From Brevinematales bacterium (GTDB lineage: Bacteria; Spirochaetota; Brevinematia; Brevinematales; JAOACQ01): a stretch of 64,000 bases of DNA. A program made the translations under genes and the position numbers. A model generated the notes under the pieces. It did not search any database. It was given only the letters and a program-made list of their open reading frames with translations, and was not told where the DNA came from. The stretch is from assembly GCA_020052515.1 (NCBI GenBank), contig JAGVOW010000080.1, positions 7,993 through 71,992 on the forward strand, written 5' to 3'. Of the stretch, positions 7,464-16,534 are shown one piece after another. Positions within the stretch are counted from its first letter, which is position 1. Every line of letters starts with the position of its first letter.

Positions 7464-9626
7464 ATGCAATTAGCCCATTTGTTTCTGCTCGCGGCAGCTT
7501 GTATTTTGCTAGCTATGTCTATTGAAAGTATTTTGAGAAGCGCTTCTTTTCTAAACTTTGCCGCGGCGCTGATACTTCTGTGCGCGTCCATCATTATGGG
7601 CAGCTCAGGATTGATTGAATACTTTATGCAGAGGCCTTTCTTACACCCTATGGCCTTCATGATGCTTCAAATTGAGAACGCATCCCTTTCTTCTATGGGA
7701 TTTTTCTTCCTGCTTTTCTCGAATTATTTTCCAACCGGCAGAAACAAAAAACTAAATCTTTTTTTTATCATTGCCGCGCTTTGCGTAACCCTGGCAATGG
7801 TTGTTATGATTATACTACGCTTAAACGTTATTCAATATTTCCCCGAAATCAGCTCATCCATTGGCAGATACAGGCTCTTAGTCCGTTATAATTTTCTTCA
7901 AGATATCATCCTGGGATTTTCCCTTTCCCTGCTGATTATTTCTATCTTTAGAATAGGCTTTGGTTACCGGAAGTTGGAGCTGATTTATCAAAGGAAACAA
8001 GTGCGTTATTTTCTGGCCGGCGTGGCTCTTTTTTCGCTTACTTTTTATCTCGCTTATTGGGGAAGAAGTTTTTTACCTTATCAGGCCGTCTATTTTTTAA
8101 TAGCCGCGGCTTTTGTGGCCGGGGGAGGATTTTTTCTTTATTCTGTGATCAGCTACCGTTTTGAAAACCTAAGGAAAAAATTTTTCTATTTTGGCCAGGA
8201 ATTTTTAATAGGCCTTGTGATTTCTATTCCTTTGATAATTCTCCTGTTTATTTTAAACAGCTGGCTGTCGTACAATACCTTTCCTTCCTATTTAATCATT
8301 ATGTCGCCCATTCTCATTCTTTTCTTCTGGATATATGACTCTTCCCGAAACTTAATTAAAAGAATGCTGGGCATAGAGATTTATTCAAAAGACGCTACCG
8401 AGGCTTTTTTAGACAAAATCGGCGCGTCACTCTCTATAAGAGAACTTGCGAAAAATTCCATTGAATTGTTAATCGAAAATATAAACTGCAAAAACTGCGA
8501 TTTTCTCTATTTTGATAAAGAAGGTGAAAATTTTAATATAGTCTATTCTTCCGGCAAGAAAAACTACAGCGTCTCAGCGTTAGAAACCTTTTTCCGGCAT
8601 ATTTCTCCTTCCCTTGATGTTTATAACCGGGAATGGATCAACGCCGATCCAGGTTTTAGAAACATAAAGGATATTACTGAAAAATACTGCAAAAAATACG
8701 AGGCTGCTTTGATCCTGCCGATCTTCTTTGAAAACAACCTGACAGCATTGATTCACATCAGCAACAAATTAGACAATACCATTTATACAGCGAAAGAAAC
8801 CATGATTTTATCCCGGATCAAAAAAATTATCCAGATTGTCCTGAAGAACATTATCCTTTTTGACAAAGAACAAGAATCCGAAATCACAAAGCGTGATTTA
8901 AGCCTTGCCTCAAATATTCAAGATTCTGTTTTTCAGAAGGAAATCCCTTATTTTCATTCGATGGATGTATACGCCTACCTGAAACCGGCAAAAGGCGTAA
9001 GCGGAGATTATTTCTTGATAGAAAAAATCAATAATAACGCGATGGGAATTCTTATCGCGGATGTTTCCGGGAAAGGTTTCTCCGCGGCCTTGATCGCGAT
9101 GGTCATTCACACGATCGCCAAAAGCCAGGAGTATTCTTCCACTACTACCAATGCCATAGTGGCAAAAATTAATGAAGTAATGACTTCCAATCAATCCTAT
9201 GGTAAGCTTTCTAAAACGATGAGTTTCGCGACAGTTTTCTGCGGATTTATGGACATCTCGATTCAGACTCTTTTTTACACAAACGCGGGGCATTACCCTA
9301 TGCTGATTTATGATAGGAAAGAAAAGGCTTTCAGCTCCATCCGGGCAAACTCAAAACCAGTAGGGATCTTCCCTGATGAAAATTATATTTCAGAAACCTA
9401 TCATCTGGAAAAAAACAAAATATTTATTCTTTACTCAGATGGAATCACAGAGGCAATCAACAATGATGAGGAAGAATTTGGCATGGAAAGAATGAAGTCC
9501 ATTCTTTCCAACAACCATGAGAAGTCTTCAAAAGAATTGGTAGAACTAATTATGGATGAGGTAAGCAATTTTGCCGGCGAAAACGAACAATTTGACGACA
9601 TGACTTTGATCATTATAAAGTTATAG
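7464..9626 (+). CDS. Polytopic membrane sensor with a C-terminal PP2C/SpoIIE-type serine phosphatase domain
   Basis: About 330 aa of repeated hydrophobic helices, then a GAF-like middle region, then a SpoIIE-like domain (GVSGDYF...ILIADVSGKGFSAAL...LYSDGITEA...FDDMTLIIIK). The ORF opens at 7416, but the ATG at 7464 has a GAGG RBS. Confidence 0.8.
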   Translation: MQLAHLFLLAAACILLAMSIESILRSASFLNFAAALILLCASIIMGSSGLIEYFMQRPFLHPMAFMMLQIENASLSSMGFFFLLFSNYFPTGRNKKLNLFFIIAALCVTLAMVVMIILRLNVIQYFPEISSSIGRYRLLVRYNFLQDIILGFSLSLLIISIFRIGFGYRKLELIYQRKQVRYFLAGVALFSLTFYLAYWGRSFLPYQAVYFLIAAAFVAGGGFFLYSVISYRFENLRKKFFYFGQEFLIGLVISIPLIILLFILNSWLSYNTFPSYLIIMSPILILFFWIYDSSRNLIKRMLGIEIYSKDATEAFLDKIGASLSIRELAKNSIELLIENINCKNCDFLYFDKEGENFNIVYSSGKKNYSVSALETFFRHISPSLDVYNREWINADPGFRNIKDITEKYCKKYEAALILPIFFENNLTALIHISNKLDNTIYTAKETMILSRIKKIIQIVLKNIILFDKEQESEITKRDLSLASNIQDSVFQKEIPYFHSMDVYAYLKPAKGVSGDYFLIEKINNNAMGILIADVSGKGFSAALIAMVIHTIAKSQEYSSTTTNAIVAKINEVMTSNQSYGKLSKTMSFATVFCGFMDISIQTLFYTNAGHYPMLIYDRKEKAFSSIRANSKPVGIFPDENYISETYHLEKNKIFILYSDGITEAINNDEEEFGMERMKSILSNNHEKSSKELVELIMDEVSNFAGENEQFDDMTLIIIKL

Positions 9627-9665
9627 ATTTCTATTTCCGAAAATACAAATATCGCAGGAGGTCAT

Positions 9666-10244
9666 ATGAAAAGGCTTGGTATTATTGCAACTTTTGTGTT
9701 ATTATTTATGAATTTAAATTTTGCCCAGGATCAATCCAAAGGTTTTTATTCGCAATTAATTGGCTTTAAATTTGGGGGTGAGTTTTTTATCTCTTCTTTT
9801 TTGAGCGATTGGAGTACGGCGGTGTTTTTTGAAAATGTCATTAATCCTTTTTTTGGCCTGGAAATGGAGATGGCAAAAGCCTCTATTCCTGTAACAAATT
9901 ACACTCTTTCAGGAACGGCTTATTATGGCAATGGAGTAAGAGACTACATTGAAATGAGCGGCGCGCTAAAGCTTTACGTTCAGGGCTTTTCTTTTAGTAT
10001 GGGCTTAAGTTACAATAATTTTGTATCCGGATATATTATTAATACCGCAGGCAGCTTATATGTTCCTATGTCCAACAAAGAGGTCAATTTCTTTTCCTTT
10101 TTCGGGGGGCCCGAATTGACCGCGCAGATATCCGCGGACCTTTTCGCGAAAGTGGGGATCCGGATTATTTACGGCCTCATTAATAGCGACTACAATTATA
10201 CCTTTGGAACTCGTTTCTATATTTGTTTTGCTTATGGGATATAA
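9666..10244 (+). CDS. Small predicted outer-membrane beta-barrel protein (192 aa)
   Basis: Signal peptide MKRLGIIATFVLLFMNLNFAQ. G/Y/F/S-rich alternating sequence with an aromatic C-terminal region. AGGAGG RBS. Confidence 0.45.
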   Translation: MKRLGIIATFVLLFMNLNFAQDQSKGFYSQLIGFKFGGEFFISSFLSDWSTAVFFENVINPFFGLEMEMAKASIPVTNYTLSGTAYYGNGVRDYIEMSGALKLYVQGFSFSMGLSYNNFVSGYIINTAGSLYVPMSNKEVNFFSFFGGPELTAQISADLFAKVGIRIIYGLINSDYNYTFGTRFYICFAYGI

Positions 10245-11376
10245 GCTATCGTTACGTACTTATGGGTTAATATTTTTTTTATTCACAGCTTCCATGCTTT
10301 TCGGCGAAGAATCCTCTTCCGGAATATCGTCAGTAGAAATCCTATCGGCAGGTGATATTTTCCCCAGCCAGAGAATCATCGATGGCGGATTTCAAACAAA
10401 TGGTGGAAGAGATTTCTCCTATTCTTATCAAAGTATAAAGCCCATTATCGAAAAAGCGGACATCGCGACCGCATGGTTTGGCGGGCCTATTGCCGAAGAG
10501 GGCAGCACAAATTTCTCAGGCTATCCCAGGTATAACAATCCTCCCGAATACCCGTTGGCCGCTAAAGACGCGGGATTCGATATTCTATTGCATACCAATC
10601 ACCTTTTTGACCAGGGATTAGATGGATTTTTAAGAACTATACGCTTTTTTAAAAAAATGAATCTCCCTTATCTCGGAATTTATGAAACAGAAGAGGAAAG
10701 TAAAACTGTTTTCATTCTGGAAAAAAACAATATTAAAATCGCCTTTTTAAGTTACCTCTACGGCGTCAATGAAGAAGCGCCGCGCAAAGACTGGATGGTC
10801 AATCTGATTGATTTAAAAAAAATAAAAAACGACATTGAACAATCAAAACAAAAGGGCGCCGATTTTACCATTGTGTTTTTTCATTGGGGAACAGAATACC
10901 AGCGGTATCCTGACAAAGAACAAAGAAAGGCCGCTAAAAAAATCGCGTCTTTTGGAGCGGACTTGATCGTCGGTTCGCACCCCCATGTGATACAGCCGGC
11001 CGAAATGTTAGAAACGACAAATTCTTCCGGGCAAACTAACAAAGTTTTCATAATCTATTCTATGGGCAATTTTCTTTCTTCCCAGAGAAACCGCTATTCT
11101 GACTGCGGGCTCTTGCTGAGATACCAGATAGAAAAAAACGCCGGCAAAACTTATTTAAAAAGCATCGGCTACATTCCCACCTGGGTCATGTGGCACAACA
11201 ATGAAAAAACCGGCCAATGGAAAGCCGTTATCCTGCCGATAAAAGAAACTCTGGACCTGCTAAAAACAAAGAAAGAGCTTTTTTTGACCAAAGAAGACGC
11301 GCAAAACATAAAAACCGCCTGGGATGATACGACCGAACATCTGGATAACCCCGGAATACCCTTTTTACATGAATGA
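10234..11376 (+). CDS. CapA/PGA_cap-family metallophosphoesterase-like protein with an N-terminal membrane anchor
   Basis: GDIFPSQ ... HWGTEYQRYPDKEQRKAAKKIASFGADLIVGSHPHVIQP matches CapA-family motifs. The track start at 10204 is a TTG. The ATG at 10234 overlaps the upstream stop by 11 nt. Confidence 0.7.
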   Translation: MGYKLSLRTYGLIFFLFTASMLFGEESSSGISSVEILSAGDIFPSQRIIDGGFQTNGGRDFSYSYQSIKPIIEKADIATAWFGGPIAEEGSTNFSGYPRYNNPPEYPLAAKDAGFDILLHTNHLFDQGLDGFLRTIRFFKKMNLPYLGIYETEEESKTVFILEKNNIKIAFLSYLYGVNEEAPRKDWMVNLIDLKKIKNDIEQSKQKGADFTIVFFHWGTEYQRYPDKEQRKAAKKIASFGADLIVGSHPHVIQPAEMLETTNSSGQTNKVFIIYSMGNFLSSQRNRYSDCGLLLRYQIEKNAGKTYLKSIGYIPTWVMWHNNEKTGQWKAVILPIKETLDLLKTKKELFLTKEDAQNIKTAWDDTTEHLDNPGIPFLHE

Positions 11377-11411
11377 ATCCATACAATGGAGTGTGAATTT
11401 CACTCTCAACG

Positions 11412-11439
11412 ATAGGCGCGGTTAATTAACCGCGCCTAT
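11412..11439. repeat. GC-rich palindromic repeat, copy 1 (ATAGGCGCGGTTAATTAACCGCGCCTAT)
   Basis: Perfect 28-bp palindrome. The 28-bp core is identical in the copies at 26588-26627 and 27661-27696. Confidence 0.95.
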
Positions 11440-11460
11440 GCGGCTAAAACAAAAAAAACC

Positions 11461-11489
11461 TTGTAAAAAACAATTGAGAGCTTTAAAAT
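11461..11489 (+). promoter_or_regulatory. Possible promoter for the A1-B1-A2-B2 cluster (TTGTAA-17-TAAAAT)
   Basis: Hexamers with 17-nt spacing, 22 nt upstream of the A1 ATG. The -35 is weak. Confidence 0.3.
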
Positions 11490-11511
11490 ACTATTAAGCG
11501 GGGGTTCATTC

Positions 11512-12714
11512 ATGAAAAGAGTTTCTTTCTGCTTATTATTTCTATTTTTCTTCCTTTCCTCTGTCCTGGGAATTGATACTATCTCCCAGAAAATCGCGGT
11601 CACTCTGGATAAAAACTCCGGCAATTATAGTGTGGATTTGATCCTCCAGAAGGCCCTCTTAAGCGAAAGCCTGGGCACAAAAGACATTATTCTCTATTCT
11701 GGACAAAAAGAAGACCTGGAGACATTGGGAATAGAAAAAATCAATGGCGGAATTTTGCTGAAAACGGCCAGGAACACTGACACCTATACCGTAGAGCTTT
11801 ATTCGATAGATAAAGAGCCTCTCTTACTGAATCAATCGATCAAATTCAGGGCGGAAAATTTTGCCGCGAATATTGACGATATCGCGAAGAGGATTCTCAA
11901 AGCCATTCTTTCCCTTTACCCGCCGAAGCAAAAAGATGAACTGAAAACGATAGAAACCGTCAAAATTAAATTAAGCGAATTTGAGCCGATTCAGCCGGCC
12001 TGGAACATCTATTTGATGCCGGGTTTTGGAATGCAGAATATATCCATGCGGCTTTCAGACTCAAATGGAAGCAGTTCTGACCAGAATAATTTTGAAGACA
12101 ATAAAGCCACTTACTTTCTGGCTTCCGAGTTTTTTCTCCGCATCCACCAATGGAATTTTAACCTGGGGGTTTCCGGCGGCATCCCACTCGGCAACTTTTC
12201 GGCCAATGTAGGCGCAGGCTTTGGTTTTTTTGGAAGCGTCATTGTCCTGGGCATAGAAGGCGCTTTTTTTCACGGCCGTTTTCTTTCGCAGGCTCAAAAT
12301 TCCTTTGTTATTAATAGCATTACCAATCAAGTCAATTTCCCGGATGTCTCCTACAATATTTTTTGTCTGGGAAGCAGAATCCAGATTAATATCACCAAAA
12401 ATTATTATATTTTATTTTCCGTTGGAGGGTTTTTGTGGAACAAAGCCAATCTGGATTTCAAAAGCCCTGATTTTCAATCTGCAGACATTTATTTTAACGA
12501 AAGCAGCGGCCCTTATATGAAATTCCTGCTCAATTGGGGCCTAGCCAAAAAACTCAGGCTGAATGTTTTTTATACCTATTACTCATTAATTTTTCAGTCT
12601 AATTACGCTTATAACAAGATTGCCCCTATCCAGATCAAAAGCGATGGCACCTCAATAAAAGGATTTACAATAAAAGAATTTCGGTTAGGATTAGGATTGG
12701 AATATGAGTTTTAA
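11512..12714 (+). CDS. Predicted OM beta-barrel protein, family A copy 1 (soluble N-domain + barrel)
   Basis: Signal peptide. N-domain of about 150 aa, then a G/F/Y/N-rich alternating C-terminal half ending GLGLEYEF. Full-length paralog of 14038..15291. Confidence 0.6.
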   Translation: MKRVSFCLLFLFFFLSSVLGIDTISQKIAVTLDKNSGNYSVDLILQKALLSESLGTKDIILYSGQKEDLETLGIEKINGGILLKTARNTDTYTVELYSIDKEPLLLNQSIKFRAENFAANIDDIAKRILKAILSLYPPKQKDELKTIETVKIKLSEFEPIQPAWNIYLMPGFGMQNISMRLSDSNGSSSDQNNFEDNKATYFLASEFFLRIHQWNFNLGVSGGIPLGNFSANVGAGFGFFGSVIVLGIEGAFFHGRFLSQAQNSFVINSITNQVNFPDVSYNIFCLGSRIQINITKNYYILFSVGGFLWNKANLDFKSPDFQSADIYFNESSGPYMKFLLNWGLAKKLRLNVFYTYYSLIFQSNYAYNKIAPIQIKSDGTSIKGFTIKEFRLGLGLEYEF

Positions 12715-13996
12715 GAAAATTTTGTTTTTATTCATTTTTCTTAGCTTTGCTGTTACTGCTTTTCCTGCTGAGAAATGGAATGTTTTTGTAGCGGAGTGGC
12801 GTGACTTATCAGCCAAAAAAAATTTAACAGTCAGCACCACCATCAAAAAATCCATTCTCGGCCAATTGCAGAAAGAAAAAAGTTTTAATGTTCTCACTTC
12901 CTCTAAAACCAAATTCCTTATCTCAAATTTTAAAGACGCCCTGGACTGCGGCAGAACGAATAAAGCGGATGTAATAGTGTACGGGGATTATTATATTGAC
13001 AGGGAAAAATTGATCGTGATTACTGAGGTTTATGACGCGCTGGAAAACCGACCAAAGATGCGCAAATACTATAGCGGTGAAGCGACCGTGGATATATTTG
13101 ACACAATAGACGCGATAGCTTCTGATATGCTCTCCAAAATAAAGGAAGCCCTGCCGGAAATGACACAGGAAAGCGAAGTCCGGATCAAAAAAGTCCGGGA
13201 AAGCGTTTATGAAACGGAAAAAGTTACTTTCAAAAGAATGTTTTATTCCCGGATAGGCACTTTTAGCGAATTTGGGCCAAAAAATCTGACTTCCATTTCG
13301 CTGAGCGGCAGTCCTTTTAGCACGAACAATTTTAAAGAAAACGCTCCTTTTAGTTCTTTATCAGTAGGTCTCGCGCTTCGCTTATGGGATTTTCGTATTG
13401 ACCTTATGGGGTCTTTTTTACCCGGGATTCCATGCTTTAACTGGAAAGATTCTTCTTTTTACGCAAGAGACATAGTCAATTCACTGATGCTTGTTTCTTT
13501 TTCTTATTATCTGCCCTGGTTCGACAATGCTTTTGCGGTTGGTTTGGGCTCCCACTGGGTCAGTTCTATCAACAGGCTGGAGTTTCAAACAACCCTGAAC
13601 TCTCAAACGACAAATTACAAATCGGAGGGCGGCAGAGGATTTCAAATGAGTTTCAATCTTATCTGGAACCCCAATCCAAACTTAGAGCTTTCTCTTTATA
13701 TCATGCCTTTTGTCATGCCTTATTCGGAGGTAAGCGATGAAAAAGATAATAATGGCACTATTTCAGGGAAAAGCTATAAAGAATTTAATTATTCAATCCC
13801 CCCTCTTTACCTTTCAGGCATAGTCTTCCTTGGTGAATTTGGATTAGAAGGCGGGTTTTATATTGATTCCTACAAATGGCATAGTTGGGAAACCGATCTG
13901 AACGGCAATCAAAAAAGCTATGATTACCGGGCGGAGAATACCACTATTGGCGTCTATCTGGGCATTGTTTATAAAGTAGATTTTTTGAACCCATAA
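12704..13996 (+). CDS. Predicted OM beta-barrel protein, family B copy 1
   Basis: Signal peptide ending FPAEKW. N-domain with ADVIVYGDYYIDREKLIVITEVYD and ESEVRIKKVRESVYETEKV. Barrel-like C-terminal half ending GIVYKVDFLNP. The start is embedded in the A1 terminal codons (11-nt overlap). Confidence 0.6.
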   Translation: MSFKKILFLFIFLSFAVTAFPAEKWNVFVAEWRDLSAKKNLTVSTTIKKSILGQLQKEKSFNVLTSSKTKFLISNFKDALDCGRTNKADVIVYGDYYIDREKLIVITEVYDALENRPKMRKYYSGEATVDIFDTIDAIASDMLSKIKEALPEMTQESEVRIKKVRESVYETEKVTFKRMFYSRIGTFSEFGPKNLTSISLSGSPFSTNNFKENAPFSSLSVGLALRLWDFRIDLMGSFLPGIPCFNWKDSSFYARDIVNSLMLVSFSYYLPWFDNAFAVGLGSHWVSSINRLEFQTTLNSQTTNYKSEGGRGFQMSFNLIWNPNPNLELSLYIMPFVMPYSEVSDEKDNNGTISGKSYKEFNYSIPPLYLSGIVFLGEFGLEGGFYIDSYKWHSWETDLNGNQKSYDYRAENTTIGVYLGIVYKVDFLNP

Positions 13997-14037
13997 GCGA
14001 ATATTCCCCTCTCGGGAAGATTTTAAAGGATTAAAAG

Positions 14038-15291
14038 ATGTTTCGAAAATTGATCTTAATAGTTATTCTAGCGGGATTAAATATTTATTTGTTCGCAAAT
14101 GACCTTCTACCGCAGAAGATCGGCATTACGGTTGACCGGAACAATCCAAATTATGTGGTCGACCTGATACTTAAAAAGACATTACTCACCGAAACGGAAA
14201 ACTCAAAAGACATTGTTCTTTTGTCAGGAGATAAAACAGACCTTGAGAACGCCGGAATAAAAGAACTAAACGGAAACTTGCTCATTAACACCTTGATAGA
14301 ACAAGAATATTACAAAGTATGCGTTTATTCGGCCAATAGCTCCGGCACCGTTTTAATTGACAACAGCGTCTCATTTGAGACGAACAAGCTCATAGATTTC
14401 CTGCCCACCGCCACAATGAGAATTTTTTCCAATTTACTGAAGATTTATCCGCCAAAGGAAAAAAAAGAACTGCAGGTAATGGAAATTGAAAAAGTAAAAC
14501 TCAGTGAATTTGAACCGGTAAATTTGACCTGGCGTCTTTATGCCGCGCCTTATTATAATGGGGTCAGATTGAAACTGGGTTTTAAAAAAGATCTGGATTC
14601 GGGCACGAGGGGCCAAACTTTTAACTCTCCAGGAGCTGGAGCCGCAGCTAATATTCAATTAAATTATCATCAATTTTCAGCTTGGGCCGGAATGGGTGGA
14701 AGCTTTGGCATTTGGGGGGATTTTTCCTCCTCAAGCGTTTTCGCCAGGCTGGGCGGCGGGATTGGTGTTTTTGGAAGCCTTTTGATAATTGGTGTCGAGG
14801 GTGTTTATTGCCAGGCAAACCTGTCCAGTCAGAACTCTATGAATTTTATATTTGATAATTATTCAACTAATACGAATATCCCCGGTTCAAAGGTGAGCAT
14901 TCCTGTGCCAGATATTTTTTACCAGACTATTATGCCCTGCCTGACGCTTCAATTAAATTTTAATAAAAATTACTATATTAAAGTCAGCGGCGCCTTTCCG
15001 CTTGCCTGGGGTAACCTGCGGGTAAATTTTAAAAACAGTGAGTTTACTTTACCTCAGAATTTCAATTTCGATAGTTTTAACGGGCCTCCTTTTATTGATT
15101 TCTATATAAACTTTGGAATCACTGAAAAACTTCGGGTTTATGCCTTCTACAGTTTTCTGGGAAGAAACCATAATTTCTGGAATAATGGTGATACAACCCC
15201 CTTGTTGATTAATCCATCACAAGGACTATTTATCGAACAGTTTGAACTGAGCCAGATTCAGATGGGGATAGGAGTGGATTATGAATTTTAG
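14038..15291 (+). CDS. Predicted OM beta-barrel protein, family A copy 2
   Basis: Aligns with A1 throughout (QKIGITVDRNNPNYVVDLILKKTLL, KVKLSEFEP, ends GIGVDYEF). Confidence 0.6.
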   Translation: MFRKLILIVILAGLNIYLFANDLLPQKIGITVDRNNPNYVVDLILKKTLLTETENSKDIVLLSGDKTDLENAGIKELNGNLLINTLIEQEYYKVCVYSANSSGTVLIDNSVSFETNKLIDFLPTATMRIFSNLLKIYPPKEKKELQVMEIEKVKLSEFEPVNLTWRLYAAPYYNGVRLKLGFKKDLDSGTRGQTFNSPGAGAAANIQLNYHQFSAWAGMGGSFGIWGDFSSSSVFARLGGGIGVFGSLLIIGVEGVYCQANLSSQNSMNFIFDNYSTNTNIPGSKVSIPVPDIFYQTIMPCLTLQLNFNKNYYIKVSGAFPLAWGNLRVNFKNSEFTLPQNFNFDSFNGPPFIDFYINFGITEKLRVYAFYSFLGRNHNFWNNGDTTPLLINPSQGLFIEQFELSQIQMGIGVDYEF

Positions 15292-16528
15292 ACTCCTTAT
15301 CCTGCCTTTTCTGTTTTTGGCCACAAACCTTTTCGCGGCGGAGAAGTGGAATATCCTGGTCGCCAATTGGCGGGATTTATCACCAAAGAAGGACAAAAAT
15401 ATAGGCCTCATTATTAAAAAATCGGTGGCTGTTCAGCTTCAAAAAAATAGCGATTTTAGGATCTGGCTCTCAACCAACAACAATGTTTTCCCGGAAAACG
15501 CGAAAGACGTGATTCTTCAAGGGAGAACTAATAGGTCAGATTATGTCGTTTACGGTGACTATTACTATGGTGATTACTATATTCAGGGTAACCAGCTTCT
15601 GGTGGTAGTAGAATTATACGACGTGCTCGATAAAAAACTGAAGCTTCGCAAGTATTATACCGGCACTATAACATCGGATATCTTTGACACAATCGATGCA
15701 ATGTCCATTGAGCTGCAGGAACGGGTAAAAGAAGTCCTGCCTCCGATGGACGCGGAAAGCGAAGTGAGAATCAAAAAGCTTCGGGAAACTGTGTATGAAA
15801 CAGAAAAAGTTGAAATGAAACGTTTGTTCTACACTCACATCGGCTTTGCCACGGATTTCGGCCCCAGAGATGTTCATCTCGAAATGGCAAATCAATCCTA
15901 TACGACAAACCGGCCTGTTCCTGTATCTTTGCTTACTGTTGGTTTTACTGTAAGGTACTGGGATTTTCGATTAGACTTCACTTTTTCCGGTATGGCTGGA
16001 ATCCCGACATTAGATTGGAATACTATTTCATTGGCTCCTCAGGACAATGTGTCTGCCCTGACTCTATTCACCCTGTCTTATTATCTGCCATGGTGGGATA
16101 ATCAATGGGCGGTTGGATTGGGCATAAAAGATATGCGAATCATCAGCAAAATTTACTCGAACGAATCCGGCCAGATTCAATATGACAGCGGTAATAACCC
16201 CGGTGGAATACCCTTGACTATTGACCTGATCTGGAACCCCAATCCTAATTGGGAGTTTTCTTTTGCTTTCATGCCGATGTTTTACCGTGAATACATCTGG
16301 ATAGACAATGACAAAATCAGCCACACAGAAAAGACTTATTACAATATCCCAAATACTTACGTGTCAGCTATCTGTCTCTGGGAGACCATCGGCATAGAAC
16401 TAGGCCTTTTCTATAATTGGGGAAGAACCGTCAAAGAAAGTCATGATTATTATGGCAATCGGACTGATAATTTTATGTGCATCGCACTGAATATTGCTTT
16501 TGTTTATAAAGTCGACTTTATGAAGTGA
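15281..16528 (+). CDS. Predicted OM beta-barrel protein, family B copy 2
   Basis: Aligns with B1 throughout (AEKWNILVANWRDLS, ESEVRIKKLRETVYETEKV, ends FVYKVDFMK). Same 11-nt overlap with A2. AGGAG RBS. Confidence 0.6.
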   Translation: MNFRLLILPFLFLATNLFAAEKWNILVANWRDLSPKKDKNIGLIIKKSVAVQLQKNSDFRIWLSTNNNVFPENAKDVILQGRTNRSDYVVYGDYYYGDYYIQGNQLLVVVELYDVLDKKLKLRKYYTGTITSDIFDTIDAMSIELQERVKEVLPPMDAESEVRIKKLRETVYETEKVEMKRLFYTHIGFATDFGPRDVHLEMANQSYTTNRPVPVSLLTVGFTVRYWDFRLDFTFSGMAGIPTLDWNTISLAPQDNVSALTLFTLSYYLPWWDNQWAVGLGIKDMRIISKIYSNESGQIQYDSGNNPGGIPLTIDLIWNPNPNWEFSFAFMPMFYREYIWIDNDKISHTEKTYYNIPNTYVSAICLWETIGIELGLFYNWGRTVKESHDYYGNRTDNFMCIALNIAFVYKVDFMK

Positions 16529-16534
16529 TAACTT

